This document shows positions 53,201-64,000 of a stretch of 64,000 bases of DNA, piece after piece. Position 1 is the stretch's first letter. Every line of letters starts with the position of its first letter. Below the pieces are notes generated by a model that was not told where the DNA came from, did no database searches, and worked only from the letters and a program-made list of their open reading frames with translations. Origin of the DNA: Tubiluchus corallicola (Eukaryota > Animalia > Priapulida); the NCBI GenBank assembly GCA_030141605.1, contig JAQGDQ010000329.1, forward strand, positions 203,028 to 267,027. The letters are read 5' to 3'. The translations under genes and the position numbers were made by a program.

Positions 53201-56200
53201 GGCACTCAGCAAAGGCTTCATTAGATTTTATGCTTCAAATGATGAATGTAGCCAAAAGCCATAAACTATATAGAAGGTCCAGTCAACTCTTAAAGCCCAG
53301 TCAAGCATTGTAACTATTGTACACCACCTGCCATCATTTAGGACAGTTGTTTGACATGCGACTATTTAGCATATATTATGCCATCTATAATGCTACCATT
53401 ATAGCTCTTTAAGCTATACTTCTAGAAAGGCACTACTTTTTGTGCATGAAATTAACACTGTGCTTTCTCAAGATCAACAAAACTGCAGGAGTTCCTCTAA
53501 AGCAATTAACTAAATGAATGGCAAAAGTAAAAATCAGAATGTATGAATCAGTACTTTCAGTTTATTGCAAAAGACTCATTCATTTGCACATCTCAAAACC
53601 TAGACTACAGGGTGTTTCAAAAGTCTCTATACACGTTGAAGTCTATTTTTCTTTTCAAATTTTCCTCCGAATTCAACAAGCTTTAGCATAATTCACAAAC
53701 GGTCTTTTGAAATTACTTCTCTGTTTAAGATTCAACTGGGTCACCATAATTATGATGATTGTTATGTAAAAGACTTTCTTAGCACAAGATTTCCATCAGG
53801 CAAAATGGTCATTAATGACCTCAATTATAAATACTGAGATTTGACAGAGTTGGCTCCTGCCAATCTTTTATGAGTCAACATCAGCTGAAACGTTCATATA
53901 TGCAATAGGATCAAGGCCCTTCCATGAACTTGAAACAATGATTAGGGATTGCCACACAAATATTAACTTGAAATGCTGATGTTGGAAATGTATTTGTTAA
54001 CTGAAGTGCTTGGAAAAAAGTGGTGAACAATCTATCAGTCACATCATTCGTTTCGGATTTTCATTTAATTTGACTAAAAAAAAATTCAGAAGTATTAATT
54101 TACACATAAAGTTTTGCTTTAAAAATAATACAAAATGTCAAGTGGATAGAGATGTCTAACACACTCATTTGTAACCTATAGCAACACTGCAGGTGATGTA
54201 TAGATAAAGTATTGCTTGCTCACTACTGTCTAGTATGTAATGCAACAGCATCTTGGAAAGATATTGTACATTTAGAAGTAAATTCTCACTGAGCAGTGTC
54301 TAGTATGTAATGCAACAGCATCTTGGAAAGATATTGTACATTTAGAAGTAAATTCTCATTGAGCAGGGTGTAAAAAATGCTATCCCATTGACATGTGGTT
54401 TCAAAAGCATTACCCAAGGTAAGTTGTAAGTGATCATCTTAAGTATTATAAGTGAAATGCCTTATGACTCACCAGATGAAGTTTTTTTGTCCATGTTATT
54501 CTCATCAAAATGCTTTTGCATCTCCTTAAGCTCACCTACAAGGACATATTTATTACGATGAATATACTAATGAGCAATAAACTTAACAAAAAAATGACAC
54601 AAAGACTTTTATCGATAAAACCTGTGACAATTTGGCTCATTATTCAAACTAACAAATCACAAACTTGTGCAATATCTAAGTGTAACTATACGTAAACATA
54701 TATAGTATGCATAGTAAACATATAATGCATTAGACAATTTGTTGCAGACAAGGTATTGCAAATTATCCTAATAACTCTATAATAAATCAGGCAGCATTTT
54801 GCAATCAAAAAAGGTCTATAAAGGTTCACGAAATTTCTAACGCAATGTCTAACACATCCAGTGAGTTAGTATTTCCTAGTTTTATGCACATTTCATAATG
54901 TATGTTGTAATGTAATCATAATGTAATTTAAGCACGTTGACAATTCCATTTTTTTCAATAATTAGCAGACACGCTAATGTAAACTGTTTGAAAATGTATA
55001 TCAACAACCAAATAAAAATTTAGAGACCAAGCTGAGTTTCTTTCTTCTGGAACCAAATTACGAGTGGAAATTCTTGAATGTCAACATTTATTCCATTCAA
55101 TGCCAACATCACCTCATTATTTTGTCTGTAAAGCAATTTTAATAAGCTAACTATCAAGTTACTTGTTGGCACATCTCAGCAGGATAGTGCTTTTAAAAAT
55201 AAAATAAAACCGAGAGAGAAAGAACTTTTGCACAAAAACTGTTTTTAAGCCTAAGTAAGTAAAGGACATATTTTTTCATAATATTTTTCCTCACTACATG
55301 GAAACTCCTTTCCCATTTTGTATCAAACATACGAGAATACAAAGCAACTATACAGTTTACTTCACAATTTTTCACATAAACATTTTAGTTTTCTGAAATT
55401 GCTGAAAACGAAAAGATAAATCCACTTTCCTCGCACGGCATGGTCAAGAGTGATAGAATTGACACTGTAGACAATGCCGTAACATAAGCAAGCTATGCCG
55501 TATGAAGTCATCACGAAAAGTTAACATAGCATAACACCTCACACAAGTGTTGTATAGCAGAAGTTAGGCTGTGCAAAGCAAGAAAGTTGCAGGTAACAGG
55601 CAACATAATTTCTTCATTGAATTGGCTTTTAAACAAGTAACAATAATGAAGTAACAAGTAACAGGATTTTGTGTCATCTTTTAAATGGCATTTTTCTTGT
55701 GAATCTTAATGCATAGGCACGCTGGACAATTGCCCTGGGTTCCCACGAGCATAGGCACTGTGAAATTTTCTTTCACTTGAGTGTATGGAAAATGACATCC
55801 TGAAGTCCATTGACATCAAGCGAAATATAAAACAATTTTGTGCAAAGAAATTTTGCGGAAGTTTGTGTTGAACACTTGATTAATAATAAATAATTCACAG
55901 TAATTTCATACTGTGTCATCTTCATCTGTATGGTTTACTAACTGAGTATCATATATCAGTTGAATTTTTTGTGTTTTTCAAGGCTCACGTTATATTGCTC
56001 AAACATTTGTGTTAATGAATCTTTGCTGAATAACATATTTTAGATGTTAGACATTGCTTTTGGTGGCAGTAGCAATACAACAATAATTTTATCGACCATT
56101 TACATTTTTATTCCTGTGAATGGTTGTTTAGATAGGGGCCCCAGTGTACTGCTTTGCTCAGGGTCCTATAATGCTGTTAAGATGGCCCTGCATAAGAAAT

Positions 56201-57574
56201 TTCATGAAATTTTATATAGTCTGTTATTGCTGTTTCTGGTAGTTTGCTAATTATTTTTGCAAGCATTGTTCTTTCGTAACTGGCGGTACATTACACTATG
56301 TAACAAAAAACTAGTTAACTTAAATAACAATAACAATGTCATTGAAGTATCAATGTTACTGGGTTCAAAACTCACCATCATTTGAAGGTGAACCAGATTC
56401 AAATGACTGTCTGCCTTTGTCTTCGGGTGCTACAAGTGTAAATTAAATAATTACAAAAAACTGAAACTACTTTACAGAAAACACTGTACATTGCACAACC
56501 AACTTCACAGTCAATTAATTCACTAAACATAACAAAAATAATTAACTTACAACACAATACCATTAAAGTGCTAAAATTTACCAGCATCTGGAGCCGAGTC
56601 ATGAACAAAGATTTGTCTGCCTCTCTCTACAGGTAATGAATCTGCAAGAGGAAAATAAATAATGACCTAAACTGCTTTACATAGCATGTATTCTGCATTG
56701 TACAACGAACTTCAACATGATTGGTTAAGACACTGAACATAAAGAACCTAAATAACTTGTAATAGTCTGTTATTGCTGTTTCTGGTAGTTCGGTGACTAT
56801 TTTTGTACGAACTGTTCTTCTGTAACTGGCGGTACATTACACTACGTAATAAAAAAACAGATTAACTTAAATAACAATAACAATGTCATTAAAGTGCCAC
56901 AGTTACTGCATTAAAAACTCACCAACAATTGAAGATGAGCCAGACTGAAATAATTGCTTATTCTCTCCTACAGGTGGTAAGCCTGCAAGTGTAAAATAAA
57001 CAGTAATTACATAAACTTCTTTACAGAGAATGAATTTCAACACAATTAACTAAGCCATTAATACTCTTGAACTACATGAAAACTTTTTATTGTCTAAAGC
57101 AATTTTGAAATCTTGGATTATTTGCAAAATATGAAAGTGCTTAAATTAGCTCCTAAGACATTTAGTTGCTACAACAAACCAGAACATGAAAGCAGCTAAA
57201 TGACCGAGAGTGCTTGTAAAGCATTCAATAGGTCAAGCCATGAGTTTCAATGACGTTTTATTAAGATGACCTCATGCAAAAGACTTTGTCAACATCAGAA
57301 TCAAACACCAGACTTCACACACAAATAATAACTACAATAAGTTACAAACAGAAAGAAGTGAACTATAAATTGGAAACTACAGTATGTACAAAAAATATAG
57401 ATCATCTGTAAACGTCTGTTTCATTATTTTTTTTAGTATTTTTAATGTGTTCTTTTTCAAGGTTTACCTATACAGTCCCAAGCTTCAACACGAGAATAAT
57501 ACATTCTTACTATAAGCAGAACGTACCATTTTGTTCCTGCTTGTAGTGTGGCACTTCTTCAAAGTCAGAAAAAC
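44219..57574 (-). CDS. TGN38/TGOLN2/KCT2-like type I membrane protein, paralog B, with many small lumenal exons (5' end not located)
   Basis: Tail exon 44219-44359 (IIAVIIEGRRKGEKRPSRRHYGKVEEQVEDVMQSLKTKTPHEGYIY*); TM exon 45482-45609 (THFMAYFLFAVTFCILGYVLFHNKNK). Phase 1-1 exons: 46290-46343, 46495-46572, 48044-48097, 48206-48283, 49624-49644, 50557-50604, 51588-51647, 52287-52331, 52803-52856, 52993-53013, 54473-54535, 56376-56429, 56582-56641, 56923-56982, 57527-57574. Individual small exons are less certain than the TM and tail exons. Confidence 0.75.
45857..49250. repeat. ~1.7-kb diverged tandem duplication carrying two exons per unit
   Basis: Units start TGGCATTTGGATAATTGACC at 45857 and 47621; each has a 54-nt and a 78-nt exon plus colinear intron sequence. 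Confidence 0.9.
53608..54166. mobile_element. Degenerate Tc1/mariner-derived element
   Basis: TA-CAGGGTGTTTCAAAAGTCTCTATACAC left end with an imperfect inverse (GTGGATAGAGATGTCTAACACACTC) at ~54142-54166. Confidence 0.4.
54226..54366. repeat. 71-bp tandem duplication
   Basis: TGTCTAGTATGTAATGCAACAGCATCTTGGAAAGATATTGTACATTTAGAAGTAAATTCTCA occurs twice. Confidence 0.85.
56215..57000. repeat. Diverged exon+intron duplication (~545-bp period)
   Basis: ATAGTCTGTTATTGCTGTTTCTGGTAGTT...AAAACTCACCA at ~56216 and ~56762, each leading to a related small exon. Confidence 0.8.
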
Positions 57575-58305
57575 CTAAAAAGCACTTTTTTTAATTATTT
57601 TCATCTAACTAATTATACTCACACACATTGACGTTAATAAGAAATTAAGATGAATGGGAACGTGTAATTAATGAAAACAATTGTCATTCCACACTCATAG
57701 ACGTAACTTACAACTTATGAACAGTAAACAGAGCATCAGGCACATACATTGCATACTAAGTGTCAGAAACAGATTAGAATTTATTAACACTCTAGTGCAA
57801 ATGAAAAAAAGCACAATAAGTTCAATAATATAAATCTGACAGAATAGTATATAAAAGTAAAAGATTTATTTAAAACAAGACATTTTGGTTTAATCGCTAA
57901 ACGTCTGAATTTTATATTGCATTACAATAATTATTGTAATGTTAGAGACATAAAATTTACGTAAAAATTATTGCTGACAAATGCTCTAAAAATAAATTAG
58001 TGAAGCCCAGATAGCAACCGATGGCATAAATTTTTAAAAATTTTACAATTTCAATTTGTTATGCTTAGGTTACAAAAAAACTAATGTGAATTTAATTTTT
58101 GTTACAGATATGTCCGCTAAAAATGATTTAACAAATAAACCAAGGCATTCTGATATGTCACGAGAATCATGATGTGATTTAAAATGCCTAATTCAAAACT
58201 ATAGTTTGCACGGCATCTATAAAATATCATTGACAAAGAAAATATGTATGTATGAATAATATGATATATGAATATCCATGACTATATATCTATAATTTGA
58301 TCAGA

Positions 58306-61300
58306 TGCCAACATGATCAACTTCAACAATGTTATCTTAGGCTGCCAAACTGATCAATTTCAACAATGCTAAACTGATCAACTTCAACAATATTATCTTA
58401 GGGCTGCCAAACTGATCAACTTCAACAATATTATCTTAGGGCTGCTAAACTGATCAACTTTAACAAAGTTATAATACAGCTGCCAAACTGATCAACTTCA
58501 ACAATATTACCTTAGGCCTGCCAAACTGATCAATTTCAACAATATTACCTTAGGGCTGCCAAACTGATCAACTTCAACAATATTATCTTTGGACTGCCAA
58601 ACTGATCAATTCCAACAATGCTATCTTAGGGCTGCCAAACTGATCAATTTCAACAATATTATCTTAGGACTGCCAAACTGATCAATTTCAACAATGTTAC
58701 CTTAAGGCTACCATACTGATCAATTTCAACAATGCTATCTTAGGGCTGCCAAACTGATCAATTTCAACAATGCTATCTTAGGGCTGCCAAACTGATCAAT
58801 TTCAACAATATTATCTTAGGACTGCCAAACTGATCAATTCCAACAATGCTATCTTAGGGCTGCCAAACTGATCAACTTCAACAATGTTATCATACAGCTG
58901 CCAAAATGATCAACTTCAACAATATTATCTTTGGACTGCCAAACTGATCAATTTCAACAATGCTATCTTAGGGCTGCCAAACTGATCAATTTCAACAATA
59001 TTATCTTAGGACTGCCAAACTGATCAATTTCAACAATGTTACCTTAAGGCTACCAAACTGATCAATTTCAATAATGTTACGTTAGGGCTGGGAAACTGAT
59101 CAATTTGAACAATATTATCTTAGGGCTGCCAAACTGATCAATTTTAACAATATTATCTTAGGGCTGCCAAACTGATCAATTTCAACAATATTATCTTAGG
59201 ACTGCCAAAATGATCAATTCCAACAATGCTATCTTAGGGCTGCCAAACTGATCAATTTCAACAATGTTATCATAGCTGCCAAACTGATCAACTTCAACAA
59301 TATTATCTTTGGACTGCCAAACTGATCAATTTCAACAATATTATCTTAGGGCTGCCAAATTGATCAATTCCAACAATGCTATCTTAAGACTGCCAAACTG
59401 ATCAATTCCAACAATGCTATCTTAGGGCTGCCAAACTGATCAATTTCAACAATATTATCTTAGGACTGCCAAACTGATCAATTTCAACAATGTTACCTTT
59501 AGGCTACCATACTGATCAATTTCAATAATGTTATGTTAGGGCTGCCAAACTGATCAATTTGAACAATATTATCTTAGGGCTGCCAAACTGATCAATTTTA
59601 ACAATATTATATTAGGGCTGCCAAACTGATCAATTTCAACAATATTATCTTAAGACTGCCAAACTGATCAATTCCAACAATGCTATCTTAGGGCTGCCAA
59701 ACTGATCAATTTCAACAATATTATCTTAGGGCTGCCAAACTGATCAACTTCAACAAAGTTACCTTAGGGCTGCCAAACTGATCAATTTAACAATGTTATC
59801 TTAGGGCTGCCAAACTGATCAATTTCAACAATATTATCTTAAGACTGCCAAACTGATCAATTCCAACAATGCTATCTTAGGGCTGCCAAACTGATCAATT
59901 TCAACAATATTATCTTAGGGCTGCCAAACTGATCAACTTCAACAAAGTTACTTAGGGCTGCCAAACTGATCAACTTCAACAATGTTATCTTTGGACTGCC
60001 AAACTGATTAATTTCAACAATATTATCTTAAGGCTGCCAAATTGATCAATTTCAACAATGCTATCTTAGGGCTGCCAAACTGATCAATTCCAACAATGCT
60101 ATCTTTGGACTGCCAAACTGATCAATTTCAACAATATTATCTTAGGGCTGCCAAATTGATCCATTTCAACAATATTATCTTACGACTGCCAAACTGATCA
60201 ATTTCAACAATGTTATCTTAGGGCTGCCAAACTGATCAATTTGAATAATATTATCTTAGGGCTGCCAAACTGATCAATTTTAACAATATTATCTTAGGGC
60301 TGCCAAACTGATCAATTTCAACAATATTATCTTAGGCCCAAAACAACAACAGCTGCCAAACTGATCAACTTCAACAATATTATCTTTGGACTGCCAAACT
60401 GATCAATTTCAACAATATTATCTTAGGGCTGCCAAATTGATCAATTCCAACAATGCTATCTTAGGACTGCCAAACTGATCAATTCCAACAATGCTATCTT
60501 AGGGCTGCCAAACTGATCAATTTCAACAATATTATCTTAGGACTGCCAAACTGATCAATTTCAACAATGTTACCTTAAGGCTACCATACTGATCAATTTC
60601 AATAATGTTATGTTAGGGCTGCCAAACTGATCAATTTGAACAATATTATCTTAGGGCTGCCAAACTGATCAATTTTAACAATATTACTTAGGGCTGCCAA
60701 ACTGATCAATTTCAACAATATTATCTTAAGACTGCCAAACTGATCAATTTCAACAATATTATCTTAGGGCTGCCAAATTGATCAATTTCAACAATGCTAT
60801 CTTAGGGCTGCCAAACTGATCAACTTCAACAATATTATCTTTGGACTGCCAAACTGATCAATTTCAACAATGTTATCTTAGGGCTGCCAAACTGATCAAT
60901 TTCAACAATATTATCTTAGGGCTGCCAAACTGATCAATTTCAACAATATTATCTTAGACTGCCAAACTGATCAATTCAACAATGCTATCTTAGGGCTGCC
61001 AAACTGATCAATTTCAACAATATTATCTTAGGACTGCCAAACTGATCAATTCAACAATCTATCTTAGGGCTGCCAAACTGATCAATTCAACAATTTATCT
61101 ACCTGCCAAACTGATCAACTTCAACAAAGTTATCTTTGGACTGCCAAACTGATCAATTTCAATAATGTTATGTTAGGGCTGCCAAACTGATCAATTTGAA
61201 CAATATTATCTTAGGGCTACCAAACTGATCAATTTCAACAATATTATCTTAGGGTTGCTAAACTGATCAACTTCAACAATATTATCTTTGGACTGCCAAA

Positions 61301-63586
61301 CTGATCAATTTCAACAATATTATCTTAGGGCTGGCAAATTGATCAATTTCAACAATATTATCTTAGGACTGCCAAACTGATCAATTCCAACAATGCTATC
61401 TTAGGGCTGCCAAACTGATCAATTTCAACAATATTATCTTAGGACTGCCAAACTGATCAATTTCAACAATGATACCTTAAGGCTACCAAACTGATCAATT
61501 TCAATAATGTTATGTTAGGGCTGCCAAACTGATCAATTTGAACAATATTATCTTAGGGCTGCCAAACTGATCAATTTTAACAATATTATCTTAGGGCTGC
61601 CAAACTGATCAATTTCAACAATATTATCTTAGGACTGCCAAAATGATCAATTCCAACAATGCTATCTTAGGGCTGCCAAACTGATCAATTTCAACAATGT
61701 TATCATAGCTGCCAAACTGATCAATTTCAACAATATTATCTTAGGGCTGGCAAATTGATCAATTTCAACAATATTATCTTAGGACTGCCAAATTGATCAA
61801 TTCCAACAATGCTATCTTAGGACTGCCAAACTGATCAATTCCAACAATGCTATCTTAGGGCTGCCAAACTGATCAATTTCAACAATATTATCTTAGGACT
61901 GCCAAACTGATCAATCTCAACAATGTTACCTTAAGGCTACCATACTGATCAATTTCAATAATGTTATGTTAGGGCTGCCAAACTGATCAATTTGAACAAT
62001 ATTATCTTAGGGCTGCCAAACTGATCAATTTTAACAATGTTATCTTAGGGCTGCCAAACTGATCAATTTCAACAATATTATCTTAAGACTGCCAAACTGA
62101 TCAATTCCAACAATGCTATCTTAGGGCTGCCAAACTGATCAATTTCAACAATATTATCTTAGGGCTGCCAAACTGATCAATTTCAACAAAGTTACCTTAG
62201 GGCTGCCAAACTGATCAACTTCAACAATGTTATCTTTGGACTGCCAAACTGATCAATTTCAACAATATTATCTTAAGGCTGCCAAATTGATCAATTTCAA
62301 CAATGCTATCTTAGGGCTGCCAAACTGATCAATTCCTACAATGCTATCTTTGGACTGCCAAACTGATCAATTTCAACAATATTATCTTAGGGCTGCCAAA
62401 TTGATCCATTTCAACAATATTATCTTACGACTGCCAAACTGATCAACTTCAACAAAGTTATCTTTGGACTGCCAAACTGATCAATTTCAATAATGTTATG
62501 TTAGGGCTGCCAAACTGATCAATTTGAACAATATTATCTTAGAGCTACCAAACTGATCAATTTCAACAATATTATCTTAGGGTTGCTAAACTGATCAACT
62601 TCAACAATATTATCTTACGACTGCCAAACTGATCAACTTCAACAAAGTTATCTTTGGACTGCCAAACTGATCAATTTCAATAATGTTATGTTAAGGCTGC
62701 CAAACTGATCAATTTGAACAATATTATCTTAGGGCTACCAAACTGATCAATTTCAACAATATTATCTTAGGGTTGCTAAACTGATCAACTTCAACAATAT
62801 TATCTTAGGGCTGCCAAACTGATCAACTTCAACAAAGTTACCTTAGGGCTGCCAAACTGATCAACTTCAACAATGTTATCTTTGGACTGCCAAACTGATT
62901 AATTTCAACAATATTATCTTAGGGCTGCCAAACTGATCAACTTCAACAATATTATCTTTGGACTGCCAAACTGATCAATTTCAACAATGCTATCTTAGGG
63001 CTGCCAAACTGATCAATTTCAACAATATTATCTTAGGGCTGCCAAATTGATCCATTTCAACAATATTATCTTACGACTGCCAAACTGATCAATTCCAACA
63101 ATGCTATCTTAAGGCTGCCAAACTGATCAATTTCAACAATATTATCTTAGGACTGCCAAACTGATCTATTTCAACAATGTTACCTTCAGGCTACCATACT
63201 GATCAATTTCAATGATGTTATGTTAAGGGCTGCCAAACTGATCAACTTCAACACTGTAATCATACAGGTGGCAAACTGATTAACTTCAATAATGTTATCA
63301 TACAGCTGGCAAACTGATCAAGTTCAATAATGTTATCTTAGGGCTGCCAAACTGATCAATTTCAACAATGTTACCTTAAGGCTACCATACTGATCAATTT
63401 CAATAATGTTATGTTAGGGCTGCCAAACTGATCAATTTGAACAATATTATCTTAGGGCTGCCAAACTGATCAATTCCAACAATATTATCTTAGGGCTGCC
63501 AAACTGATCAATTTCAACAATGTTATCATAGCTGCCAAACTGATCAACTTCAACAACGTTATCTCGCAGCTGGCAAAGTGATCAAC
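58306..63586. repeat. 38-bp tandem satellite/minisatellite, roughly 139 copies
   Basis: Consensus GGGCTGCCAAACTGATCAATTTCAACAATATTATCTTA; period 38 (e.g. 58743 to 58781); TGATCA palindrome in nearly every unit; no long ORF. Confidence 0.97.
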
Positions 63587-64000
63587 TAATTATTCATATT
63601 CAACCAAAAGTACATAATGAATGATAAACATATAACATTATTAAAGGTTCACAAGTTGCATGATTGTTAACATAAAGAAATAGAGAATGGTGAAGCTTTT
63701 TCAACTATAGACTCTGACTTTCGAAATACAAGCACAAAGGGTACTAGGCATAGACACAAAAGGTAATATTTAAATCTGTTTCATCAAACATTTTCGCATC
63801 TCCCATATTTGTTTTCAAGATTCAGCAACATTAATCTGCCATTATTCCTTGCAATTTACAAATGCAAACATCAAAGAGCAATTGACGACAAACATATTGG
63901 TCTATCGCTCCGCACCTGCTGTAACGTAAGCACCCTCAGCAGCATTCAGGACAACAGCTCACACAGGACAATAACTCTCTAAGCTAAACTAAACTAAACC

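Noticed and set aside
58306-63586. CRISPR-like appearance of the 38-bp array (constant palindromic core with variable flanks)
   Set aside because: The variable parts are point variants of one sequence, not unique spacers; no cas genes; eukaryotic context.
63916-63980. Possible upstream exon of paralog B right of the satellite
   Set aside because: Donor-like site present, but the required frame has a stop before a convincing acceptor.

Overview
AT-rich, intron-dense genomic DNA from an invertebrate animal; no prokaryotic features. Gene order, from my own exon reconstruction: (1) EXOSC1/Csl4 on the minus strand, running off the left edge through a U12-type intron; (2) head-to-head with it, FRA10AC1 on the plus strand (12 coding exons located, one U12-type intron); (3) an intronless SNIP1 ORF nested on the same strand inside a FRA10AC1 intron, behind a splice acceptor in frame with the upstream FRA10AC1 exons; (4) a complete 5-exon LANCL3-like gene; (5) two tandem minus-strand TGN38/TGOLN2/KCT2-like type I membrane protein genes, one with a lumenal domain built from at least 15 small phase-1 symmetric exons. 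Repeats include a 5S-rRNA-headed SINE with a 14-bp TSD, several Tigger/pogo-type non-autonomous elements and MITEs, a decayed Mutator-like element, LINE tails, local tandem duplications and a ~5.3-kb array of a 38-bp satellite. The best candidate for an unusual system is the FRA10AC1/SNIP1 locus, where two different spliceosomal proteins may be alternative products of one transcription unit. Gene identities come from recalled protein similarity, not database searches.
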